From assembly GCF_001194135.2 (NCBI RefSeq), contig NC_068994.1, forward strand, positions 21,431,628 to 21,495,627: 64,000 nt of DNA, read 5' to 3'. Positions 1 through 10,873 of this stretch are shown piece after piece (position 1 is the first letter of the stretch; every line of letters begins with the position of its first letter). Below the pieces are notes generated by a model. The model made no database searches. It was not told where the DNA came from and was given only the letters and a program-made list of their open reading frames with translations. The stretch comes from Octopus bimaculoides (lineage: Eukaryota). The translations under genes and the position numbers were made by a program.

Positions 1-235
1 CTTGCAGACAATGTATTCTGTTGATTAATTTGTTTATTTTATAACTAAAATGACAAAAACCACAATATACAGATACTTATGACATACCATGTCATATTAA
101 CAATTAAGGTTACAAATATAAAGGACATTTAATATAGATATATATCTTCTCTCGTACTCCCCCCTCTCTCACTCTTACTCTCTTCTCTCTTTCCCTCTCT
201 CTCACTCTTACTCTCTACACTCTTACTCTCTTACT

Positions 236-530
236 CTCCACAAAGCAGACTGGAATCGACAGGACTGGCTGCTGAAATGTCTCCCCACAACAGATATTGG
301 CACGATACTAGAATATTTCATGTCTGTTGTGCAAGCCATATGCCAGAAATATGTCCCAGAGAACAAGGCCAACACAAAAAAGGAACAAGATTCCAAAGGA
401 GAGGAAGATCCTCGAGACAACAGATGAAGGTTGCAAATTGCCTCAACCAACATCCCAATTGTAGCGAAAGGTCCCGCCTGAAATCAACACTGATGGAGAT
501 TGAAAAAAGCCTGCAACATCAGATATCCAA
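236..530 (+). mobile_element. CR1/L2-group LINE ORF2 fragment (same family as 1640-4414)
   Basis: Translates to ...VQAICQKYVPENK... and LKSTLMEIEKSL, paralleling VQAICTKYVPERK and LTRTLLEIESKI in the larger copy. Confidence 0.7.
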
Positions 531-949
531 AAACAGCATTTTTGGATATCTGATGTTCGATGACACTTGGTCGAATGCATATCTTTATTAGCATTTTCGG
601 ATTTATAATTTGGAATACTGTACTGAAGATGGAAGTAAGTTGAGTAATTTAATTTACATCAGTTAATCAAAGCCGGGTGGATTCGTTATTTTTTCTTTTT
701 GCCCGTGTGAGTTGCGAGTGCTGCTATCTAGGAGATATATTATGGTAGTGGAATAGTATTTAACTGCTATTTCTAAATTTCTGTATGTGGTGAAGCAATT
801 TTTGCTGAACTTCTAATTATAATTATGTTTATAATTATAAAAATTTTGTGTAAGTTTTACCGATAATGGTTTTTTAACATACCGAACTACTTGGTAAAAT
901 TATTAATTAGTAATTAATTATTAATTTTTACAATATATCTGTAATGATT

Positions 950-1320
950 CATCATCGTCATCATCATCGTTTAACATCTGCTTTCCATGCTAGCATGGGT
1001 TGGATGATTTGACTGAGGACTGGCCAACCGGATGGCTGCACCAGGCTCCAATCTGATCTGGCAGAGTTTCTACAGCTGGATGCCCTTCCTAACGCCAACC
1101 ACTCTGAGAGTGTAGTGGGTGCTTTTACGTGCCACCGGCATGAGGGCCAGTCTGGTGGTACAAACAACGGCCATGCTCAAATGGTGTTTCTTACGTGCCA
1201 CCTGCACAGGAGTCAGTCCAGCAGCACTGGCAACGACCACGCTCAAATGTTTTGTTCACGTGCCACCGGCACAAGTGCCAGTAAGGCAATGCTAGTAACG
1301 ATCACGCTCAAATGGTGCTT
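950..1320 (-). mobile_element. RTE LINE 3' UTR/tail (or RTE-tailed SINE) with (GAT)n end and about 60-bp internal subrepeats
   Basis: Reverse complement contains GGCGTTAGGAAGGGCATCCAGCTGTAGAAAC and CAACCCATGCTAGCATGGAAAGC, the same sequence that follows RTE coding sequence at 38640-38897. Confidence 0.8.
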
Positions 1321-1639
1321 ATTTTTCCTTTCCCATTTTTCCAAACCATTCAGTTTGCATTTTGTCTTTCAGGATTGGAAAAACAGGAGGGGGGGTGTCA
1401 AAAGGACTGGCATGTGCAACCTGATCACTTCTGCCAGTCAAACTCCCAACTCATGCGTTCACGTTGCAACACTGATTCTGTGAAATTAAGTTGGGTGTGA
1501 GTAATCACTTTTTGAGAGACTGTATTATCCATTTGCATACCTGCCTTTTGACAATCAATTTTTTAATAAACTTTCCATTATTTTTAAAGACTTCATTTTT
1601 TTTTAAATGTGGCGGTTTGAGAATAGACCCGAATGAAAT

Positions 1640-4414
1640 CGGGTCAAAATGCTAGTAATACATATAAAGCAAGTTGATGTAGCTATATGCATAATATATT
1701 GTCTGCCAAACACCACAAAATATGATGGAAAATTTGAGGAAAGCCTCAAACACATCGATGAGGTATTAACAAACCTAGATCAGAACATCAACATACTCTT
1801 CCTGGATGATTTCAATTTCACACATATCAAATAGCCAGAAGGCCACATCCTCTCTGGGATGTCACTGCATGAACAAAAGCATGTACAGTCACTATTTGAA
1901 CTTACTAATAAATTGTTTATGGAGCAAGTGATACTCAGGCCAACCAGGGGGAAGATCATATTGGACCTATGCTTCACAAATAATGTGGACCTTATCCATA
2001 ATGTAGGTTACACCAACGGCACTCTCAGACCACGAAATTGTTGAACTAACTATGTATGGTCCTGTGCAAACTGTTGGTATCCACCCTATCAGGAGGACTC
2101 GAGCTTTATGCAATCTGAATTTCCATAAGGCAAAATGAGAATCGATCTGCAAAGAGATCCACAAACGAAACTGGTCCAACATTCTGAGTATGCAAGACAC
2201 TGATCTGAAACTCAGCCAGTTTATGTCAACAGTGCAAGCTATATGCACTAAATATGTCCCAGAAAGAAAGGCCAGCACACAGAAAAATCCTCATGCGACG
2301 TAGGTCAAAGATTTCAAAGCGGCTGAATAGGCAACTGAAGTATAAAGAGAAGTTTGTCTTAACACGGACGCTCCTAGAAATTGAAAGCAAGATCAAACTC
2401 TCTCATGAAAGGGAAAGAGCAGAGAGAGAGAGAGAGAGAGAGAAAGGCTGTGGAAAGCATAAAAACAAATCCCAAAGCTTTCTATAAATTTGCAAAGGAA
2501 ACAGCTACAATACAATATAAAATAGGACCATTGTTCCAAGGAAAAGACTCACTGACAGCAGACCAAGGAAGGATAAGTGAGATACTCAGTGAACAATTTA
2601 AAAGTGTCTTCACTTCCCCACCTTGGACACATGCAGATAAAAAATCCAGCTGAATTCTTTGATATTGCAGCTCTAAAAAAGGGGTAGCCAGCCATTGATT
2701 ACATCAACATTGAGGAAATAGATGTAACAGTAGCCATAGACGAAATGAGCTCATGCTCTGCTACTGGTCCTGATGGCTTCCCAGCTATTCTCCTAAAGTT
2801 GAGTAAGCAGGCTTTTGCGAAACCACTTCAGATACTTTTCCAAAGTTTCCTCGCAAATGGTATACTTCCTAAAAAGCTGAAAGACGGTATTATATGCGCT
2901 ATCCACAAAGGTGGAAGCAGAGCAGAAACCAAAAACTACAGGTCAATCTCTATGACTTCGTACATCAGTAAAGTCATGGAGCGAATCATCAGAACGAAGT
3001 CGATAATGTTCCTTGAAGAAAACAACCTACTGAACAATACTCAGCATGGCTTCCATCCAGGAAGAAGCTGCCTCATACAGATCCTTCAGCACTATGACTG
3101 GGTTTTGAAGCAGCTGCTTGATCATTCAGATGTCAGTGTGATATACCTTGACTTTGCAAAGGCATTTGATAAGGTAGAACATGGCATGATAAGTCATAAG
3201 CTATGAGACCTTGGCATCACTGGTAAACTAGGAAAATGGCTGCATGACTTCCTTAAAAACAGAAGTCAGGTAGTTGCAGCCAATGACGCTCTTTCTGAGG
3301 AAACTGAAATCGTAAGTTGTGTCCCCCAGGGAACTGTTCTGGGGCCATTACTGTTCATAATAACCCTCTTAGACATACCCACAGTCACTCGGACAGCCAC
3401 TGTCACTAGCTATGCTGATGATACAAAATTATCAGAGGCAATAAAAAATCAAGAGGATGTTACAAGCTTACAACAGGATCTAAACTCAATATACAAGTGG
3501 ACTGAAATAAACAACATGCAGTTTAATGCTGGAAAATTTCAAGCACTGCACTATAAACTCAGTACAAATACAGTACAATCTACATTTACAGGACCCAAAG
3601 GCACTACAATCCCAGAGTCACAGGCAGTGAAAAACTTGGGGAACAGCATGTACAATGGCGCATCATTTTATATGCACATAAGCAAGATGGCAGCAAAGTG
3701 CAGACAACTGGCAGTATATATATTGAGGTCCCACAAGACAAGAGACCAAGAAACTATGTTGACCCTGTAGAGAACATTTGTTCTCAGCCACCTGGACTAC
3801 TGTTCCCAGTTATGGTCACCACATAGTGCCAAACTAACAGTGGAGCTTGAAGCAGTCCAACGCCACTACACTAAAAGGATTGAAACAGTGCAGTGGATGA
3901 GTTACAGGGATAGGCTGAGAAAACGACAGCTCTGGAGCGAAGGCACGACAGATATGCAATAATATACATATAGAAATTCCTAAAAGGGCTAGTATCTAAC
4001 TTTGGCATTGAGTGTTATACAAATGCCAGAACTGGCCGCCATTGTATTGTACCAAAGGTACCATCCACTCCATCTAAACTCAGGACCAGGTATTGCAATA
4101 GTCTAGAGTTCAAAGGTCCACAGTTTTTCAATGCCCTGCCACAAAAACTAAGAAATTTGCACAAGGTGGAAGTAGATGTCTTCAAAAAGGAACAAGATAT
4201 CCTCCTCTCCAGAATACCAGAAGAACGAACAGCCTGAAATGAGGTACGGACGAGAGCAGCGGAATCAAACTCGATTATACACCAAATGTACCAAAAGCTG
4301 GGAAAAGGGCAAATACAGGAGTGGTCATGTGAAATACCCAGACTGAGGAAGTTAGAAAGACCATGGTGGTGCTCCAGCATGAGCACAACAATATGGCTGA
4401 AATGAGTAAAAGAG
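1640..4414 (+). mobile_element. 5'-truncated, decayed CR1/L2-group LINE (end of APE domain, RT domain, 3' UTR)
   Basis: LDLCFTNN, GPDGFPAILLK, NYRSISMTS, QHGFHPGRSC, VIYLDFAKAFDKV, VPQGTVLGPLLF and YADD (3411-3422). Multiple stops and frameshifts; an (AG)n tract at about 2420-2443. Confidence 0.92.
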
Positions 4415-4417
4415 TAT

Positions 4418-4448
<31 letters not shown>

Positions 4449-4654
4449 CATATAAATACATATATATATGTATATACATAGACATATATATATATACACA
4501 TGTGTATATCTAAACATATATGTATATACACATATATGTACATATACCAGAGTAATCATATAAATGCGAAATAAGGTGGAAAAAATAGTACTCAAATACC
4601 AGAGATAGAGTAATATATTTATAAACATATATATACATACATATATGTACATAA

Positions 4655-4697
<43 letters not shown>

Positions 4698-4808
4698 AAT
4701 ATATATATACATAAATATATATACATAAATATATATATACATATATATATACATATACATAAATATATATATACATATATATATACATATACATAAATAT
4801 ATATATAC

Positions 4809-4839
<31 letters not shown>

Positions 4840-5384
4840 CACATNNNNNNNNNNNNNNNNNNNNNNNNNNNNNNNNNNNNNNNNNNNNNNNNNNNNNNNN
4901 NNNNNNNNNNNNNNNNNNNNNNNNNNNNNNNNNNNNNTATATATATATAAACATATATACATATTTATATATAGATATACATACATATTTATATATACAT
5001 ACATATTTATATACACACACACACACATATATGTATAAATATATAAATTTAGTGAATGGAGTAGAACGCATATGTTAACTGCATACTTTTATTTCCAACA
5101 TATGTTTCGAAGATTACAAGTTATACCTTCCATAGGAATCGGTGATGTTGTTAAGAATGTAATCTTCTCTTCAGGGAAATGCATATATATATACATACAT
5201 ATACATATATATACATATACACATATATATTTATATACATACACATATATATATTTATATACATACATACATATATATTTATATACATACATATATATTT
5301 ATATACATACATGTACATACATATATACATACACAGGCACACATATATATACATATACAGACACACATATATATACATATACAG

Positions 5385-5433
<49 letters not shown>

Positions 5434-5735
5434 CACATATATATAAACATACAAAAATATACATATACATACATATATACACATATATATACATACACAT
5501 ATATATACATACACACACACATATATATATATACATACACACATATATATATACATATACACATATATTTATACATACACACACACATATATATACACAT
5601 ATATATACGTACACATACATACACATATACATACATATATATACATATACATATTTATATATACACATACACACACGAATATACATGTATAAATACATAC
5701 AGGCACATATATAGATACACACACACACACACATA
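4418..5735. repeat. Compound (TA)/(TACA)/(CA) microsatellite field with assembly gap
   Basis: Directly visible simple repeats; the source of the spurious YI/HT ORFs. Confidence 0.95.
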
Positions 5736-5769
5736 TTGATTAATTGACACCTCAGTTCATGTACATATC

Positions 5770-6360
5770 ACCAAGTCGTGGCAACAAGCAGGTAAATAGG
5801 CAGATAGATTCTGAGAACTTTCAGAACAAGAGACCAGGAAATATGCTGGTTCTATGGAGGACATTTTATTCTGCTGTCAGAGCTACTGCTCTCAACAGTG
5901 GTCACTCTACAGTGTTAAATTAATAGAGGAACTAATGACAGTTCTGTGGTGCTACACCAGTAAGATTGCATCAATGGTATAGTTGAAGTGCTGGGAGAGA
6001 CTGAAAGACAGAAGAGCTATGGAGTGACATACATATGGAAGATCCTAAAGAGAATGGCACCAAACTTTGCCATTGAGAGTTATACCAGTCAGTAAACTGG
6101 ATGTCACTACACTGCTCCAAAGGTCCTAACCATCTCATCTAGTATGAGGACTACATACAGCAATAGCTTGGGATTCAAATATTTCACAGCTATTTAATAT
6201 CTTGTCAAAACATCTGAGGGAACTACATTGACTGAGTCATAGATGTTAGCAAGGAATAACTTGACCTCCAACTGTCCAAGGTCCCAGATGAACCTACATC
6301 ACAGCAAGAAACTCAAAAGCATGCAACAACATCAAACTGTCTCCTTCACCAAAAGGCAAT
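5770..6360 (+). mobile_element. Older 3' fragment of CR1/L2-group LINE ORF2
   Basis: Colinear similarity to 3690-4280 (agaacaagagaccaggaaat vs acaagagaccaagaaact; actttgccattgagagttatac vs actttggcattgagtgttatac). Confidence 0.75.
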
Positions 6361-6454
6361 CACAAAAGTATAACAATTGGAAAAGTGGTAACAATTTGGC
6401 ACATGGCCACAACTTTTAGGCTAAAATACACGTGCGTGTACACACACACACACG

Positions 6455-6605
6455 ATGGAATTCTTTCAGTTTCTGTCTCAATATCTACTCACAAAGCCTG
6501 AGGCTATAATAGAAGACACCTGCTCAAAGTGCCATGCAGTGGGACTGATCCCGAAACTATGTGGTTGGAAGGAAACTTCTAACCACACAGCCACACTTGC
6601 ACCTG
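6455..6605 (-). mobile_element. tRNA-derived SINE, 5' half
   Basis: Reverse complement has A-box-like TGGCTGTGTGGTT and B-box-like GATCAGTCCC, then GGCACTTTGAGCAGGTGTCTTCTATTATAGCC, as in the copy at 24713. Confidence 0.8.
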
Positions 6606-6618
6606 TATATATGTGTGC

Positions 6619-6655
<37 letters not shown>

Positions 6656-7001
6656 AGAGGTTGGGAAGCCAACCAACTAAGGAATAGTACCTATCCAATA
6701 TACTGCTGGTAGTGTACCCAATTACTCATACCCAAATGCTGGTTATTGCATAGCAATCTCACAACTGAAAGTCATATATGGACGGGGGTAAAAATTGGTT
6801 TACTCTTAATTTATATGGTAAGGAACTGATCTTATACACTTTCCTGTAATATTGATTAATACATGTGTGTGTAACCCATAGTTACTACATGTGTATGTAC
6901 TCTTCTAATACTTTCTAATACTTTTGAATAAATAGACACACTGGAATGTCTACCAGCTGATGTATGTCATTTTGTTATCCTCTCCATTTTCTCTTATTTG
7001 C

Positions 7002-7035
<34 letters not shown>

Positions 7036-7161
7036 TATACATATATGTACACACACACATATATATAGAGAGAGAGAGATTCTACAATAGTTAACTAAGA
7101 CAAGACAAGCAAAGATAAATTATATCAAATATAAAAACAAATGTCAAAGAAATGTACTTAC

Positions 7162-9021
7162 GGAGTATGCAAGTAAAACATCCCGCTGGTCATCAACACT
7201 AGTAATTTCTACAGAGGGTTTTGCACCAACTGCTGCTTGCTGCTGCATCTGACCTGGGAACGATGTACTCCGTCGGAACTTGGAAGGAGAAATGAGAGAA
7301 GTCTGACCAAGCTGGGGATGAGACTGGCCTTGGTTAGGGTTCAAAGGCCCTTGGTGTCCAAGGGAGGCACCCTGGTGAGAATGAGTGCCATGTGGTCCTA
7401 CTGGATTACCACCACTCTGCTGTTGCTGTTGTTGTCCTGGCTGGCTTTGAAAAGTTGGTTTTTTAATTGGAGCCACAGGAGGGTTTATACTTGGGACAGA
7501 GCGACGCTGCTGATGATGTTGTTGTGCTGCTGGCTGCTGTTGAGGCATGCTAGCCCAAGGAGAGAGACCAGCAGCGGCTTGCTGTTGGTGATGTTGGTTT
7601 TGTTGAGAAGCTAATGACACACCCTGTGACTGTGACATAGTCACTCCAGGACTGACAATAGTACTTTGCCCTTGAACACCAGTGCCGCCACCTGGAGTTC
7701 TTGCACCGCCACTTTGACTATTCCCACTGTTATTGCCTCCCCCTGGCTGAGCTGTTGCAGTTGCTGTGGTCCACAGTGATGGCTGAGGTGCTGAACTCCA
7801 TGCAGGATATGTTTTAGAGGTGTTAAGTAAAATATTTGCTTGCTGCTGTTGTCGCTGTTGTTGCTGCTGCTGTTGAAAGTTATGATGGGCTGTTATCGCT
7901 CGTCTCTGAGGGGCTGTAGCTTGCTGCTGAGCAGCCATGTGTCCAAGGCTGCTCATATGCGCAGCAGCAGTTATCCCTGTGCCAAATAAGGTACTAGGGT
8001 TAGGGGGAAATTGCTGAAAGGCAACAGTTCCATTTAATGACTGGAAGCCCTGCAGGAAAGTATCTTCAGCTGATGCAGTTGACCAAAAATTTGGCACTAC
8101 TGATGCAGCAGAGGAAGATGAGGCTGGTGAAGATGATGATGATGTAATAGATGATGAATATGAAGATGAAGAGGAAGCAGCTACACCTGCAGCAGTCAAT
8201 GATGTCACTCCAACAGCTGGATTTGGAGCAACAGAATCTGTAGTCAAACCAAGGTGTAATGGAGATGAAACCACACCCCCGAGAAGCTGATCTGCTACTG
8301 TAGTGGGCTGCTGTGATGATACTGACCCAGAGCCAACTGGTGTCCCTGGTTGTTGTTGCTGCTGCTGTGGCATCTGAGCTTGCTTCTTTTTGTTGCTACT
8401 ATTATTAGGAATTGCAATATTGCTGCAGTTGTTACCAGCCCCACTGCTGTTGTTACTGGTGCTACTATTATTGTTGTTGCTGCTGCTGATATTGTTGCTG
8501 CACACTACTGCAGCTGTTGTTGCCACAGCAGCAGTTCCAGTCACACTGCTGCTTGTTTCACTACCGTTAACACCAGTCCCCACTGTACTGTTGCTGCTGT
8601 TGTCGCCCCCTGTTGTTCCGTTGTCTCCAACCACTACAACCCCACCAACACCATCCATAACTTTACCCAAACTCGCAGAATACAATGTGCCCAGTCCGCT
8701 ACTGCAGCTTTCTCCGTTACAGTTGTTGCTACTGGCAACTATATTCACTGTTGAATTATTATCTATTAAGTCACTTGAGTCAGTGCAGGCCGCCAGCGGC
8801 ACACCAAACTTCAATAAATTAGTAGTGGAACAGTGTTGAGGAATTTGATTACAAAGTCCTCCTAGTACACCAAGTTGGCTGGAGTGCTCAACTTGCTGGC
8901 TACTGTCACTATCAGACATCGTGGACACCTGCTGGACATGCAAATCACTGAAGCTGAGGGATGCTGGGTGATAAAGGTTTTCACAGAAAATGGATTGATC
9001 CAAAAGACTTCCATCTTGCAT
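7162..9021 (-). CDS. CPEB2/3/4: First large coding exon of a CPEB2/3/4 (Orb2-like) cytoplasmic polyadenylation element-binding protein; N-terminal low-complexity/prion-like region, 620 aa, phase-0 intron follows
   Basis: Uninterrupted ORF with first in-frame ATG at 9021 (MQDGSLLDQS, cf. CPEB3 MQDDLLMDKS). EDTFLQGFQSLNGTVAFQQFPPNPSTLFG matches the recalled vertebrate CPEB2-4 motif DSFFQGITPVNGTMLFQNFPHHVNPVFG. VAPIKKP...ISPSKFRRSTSF resembles ISPLKKP...PPKFPR. PolyQ, S and N tracts. Donor TCC|GTAAGT at 7162/7161; the ORF-track tail VSTFL* is intronic. Confidence 0.88.
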
Positions 9022-9759
9022 TTTATTGTAAACTGAAAATAGTATATTGGTTGATGTGCTTAACTTTACAAAATAAACTATTGACACTTCTAAACAGATA
9101 CAAAGTACTTCAGCACTTTTCTCAACCCTAATTAGTCTCTGTGTGTGTATGTGTCCTTTAACTTCTTTTCAGTTATCCAGCAGTCAGCTTTAAAATGAAA
9201 CAAACAAATATTTAATTGTCTTGTTTTGATTTTCTTTGTCATTGCCAAAAAAAAAAAAGAAAGCAACAATTACTTTGGAAAAAAAAAAAGCTAAGTCAGG
9301 ATAAGAAAAATCATTGCTGGTATCAGTTAAGGTTACTTAAAGAGCATCTAGAAAGACAGAAGCAGGAAAAAATTCTTGTCTCACCATGAGGTGGCTAAGT
9401 TTTTCAAATTTCTTCTGGTTGTATAGTTTATTTTGCAGCCAGCAGCATCTAATTTAAGAGAGAGAAAGAGAAAGATGAAAAGAATATTTCAAAATCATCT
9501 GGTATTATCAATTTGAATAAAACTTGAAATTAAATAATAAAATTTGAATGAAAGTGACTTGAATCATAAAATGAACAGTGACTGGTAAATTCTACCATGG
9601 AAAATTCCACCAGGTAAATTTCACCATAGGTAAATTCCACCACGGTATATTCCACCAAGGTAAATTTCACCATAGATGAAATTATCATTATTGTTATCAT
9701 CATCATCATTATTATATTATATGGGTTACGATATTATGGAAATAAAAAAAAGAATGCAT

Positions 9760-10440
9760 AAAAAATAATATCAATAATGTCAATGAATACAAAAAATACG
9801 AAGGAGAAAAAATAATTAAGGAACAACCACACAAAGAAATACACGGTGAATACTTTAAACACCTAAATGAGGAAGCAGTATCAAAAAGATACTCATTGAA
9901 ATTTATAAAACAAAGCAAATACTTAATGATAGATAAAAATATTATACAGTATTTACAAGGCAGAAACAACTATTATGGAAGAAAAAAAGACATGCAGATA
10001 TTGTAAAATACAACGGGAATATCGAACATATGGCAATACAATGTGGAAAAATAGCACACACGAAATATAAAGAGAGAGACGATAATATAACCAAGATAAT
10101 CAATGTGAACCTACTACAGCAATATAACATATCAAAAAACCAGAAAATCAGAAATGTACAAATAGAGGAGATAACAACTGAAAAGGTTAAGATTTTAGTA
10201 GATAGCCCAGTAATAACACCAAACAATATAGAAAACAATAAACTCGATATTACAATATTTGACCACAAAAGAAAAGAAACAATAATAATCAAAATGGAGT
10301 AACATCGACAAGAATCTGAACAAAGTCGAAATGACAAAAATACTAAAGTATAATAGACTTGCTAAAGAAATTAAACAGATAAATGGATATAAGGTTAAAA
10401 TAATACCATTTACAATGACTTGGGACGAAATGGTCTCAAA
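9760..10440 (+). mobile_element. RLE-type (R4-group-like) non-LTR retrotransposon 3' fragment: Zn knuckle plus restriction-like endonuclease
   Basis: EIHGEYF, CRYCK...IEHMAIQC, ERDDN (RH-motif position), NKLDITIFDHKRKE, KYNRLAKEI, KIIPFTMTWD; frameshifted. Confidence 0.8.
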
Positions 10441-10444
10441 GAGG

Positions 10445-10873
10445 AAAAAGAAAGACGAAATGTACATTTGGTGCAGTGTAGTCAACAGGGACAGTGCCTA
10501 AGATGGGAAGAATATGTTGGTCAGTTGCAAAATCACATGGAAAGAACTTTGGGTTTGGGAACAAGCAAGAACATCCTTCCTGATCAAGCCCACCTTCAAC
10601 ATTTTGCTGTCACCAGTCAACTTAGTCCGGTGGAACATACAAACGGCTGATGAATGTAAATGCGGAGAGAAAGCGATGATGAGACATATCCTGTCAAACT
10701 GCAGGCTAGCACTGGACAGATATACATGGCGTCACAACCAAATCCTCAGTGTTATAAGCACAGCACTCAAGGAGAAGATTGAGCAGTACAATAGGGGAGA
10801 GTACCCGAAAGTGGAAAAGTGCAGAAGCATATACTTCCAGAAGGAGGGAAAAGGACATAAGACCAAGTATTGA
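10445..10873 (+). mobile_element. HERO-clade non-LTR retrotransposon fragment (Zn knuckle region)
   Basis: SQQGQCLRWE, KITWKELW, SFLIK..FNILLSPVNLVRW, CKCGEKAMMRHILSNC..ALDRYTWRHNQIL. Confidence 0.8.

Noticed and set aside
4015-5739. Many overlapping 60-190 aa ORFs rich in Y/I/H/T/C/V
   Set aside because: Translations of TA/CA microsatellites; the same applies to ORFs spanning N gaps.
1-7143. Downstream CPEB RRM exons
   Set aside because: No KVFVGGLPPD-type or other RRM/ZZ motif found on the minus strand in this interval; a very small exon could have been missed.
7144-7161. Stop-terminated end VSTFL* suggesting a single-exon gene
   Set aside because: A canonical GTAAGT donor precedes it and CPEBs need downstream RRM/ZZ exons; an intron-retained short form cannot be excluded but has no evidence here.
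7237-8839. Plus-strand ORFs (7237-7614, 8350-8754, 8390-8839) with poly-Leu/Cys
   Set aside because: Antisense shadows of the CAG/CAA-rich CPEB exon.
9022-9033. VYNK resembling Drosophila Orb2A MYNK
   Set aside because: A three-residue match with no Met; expected by chance.
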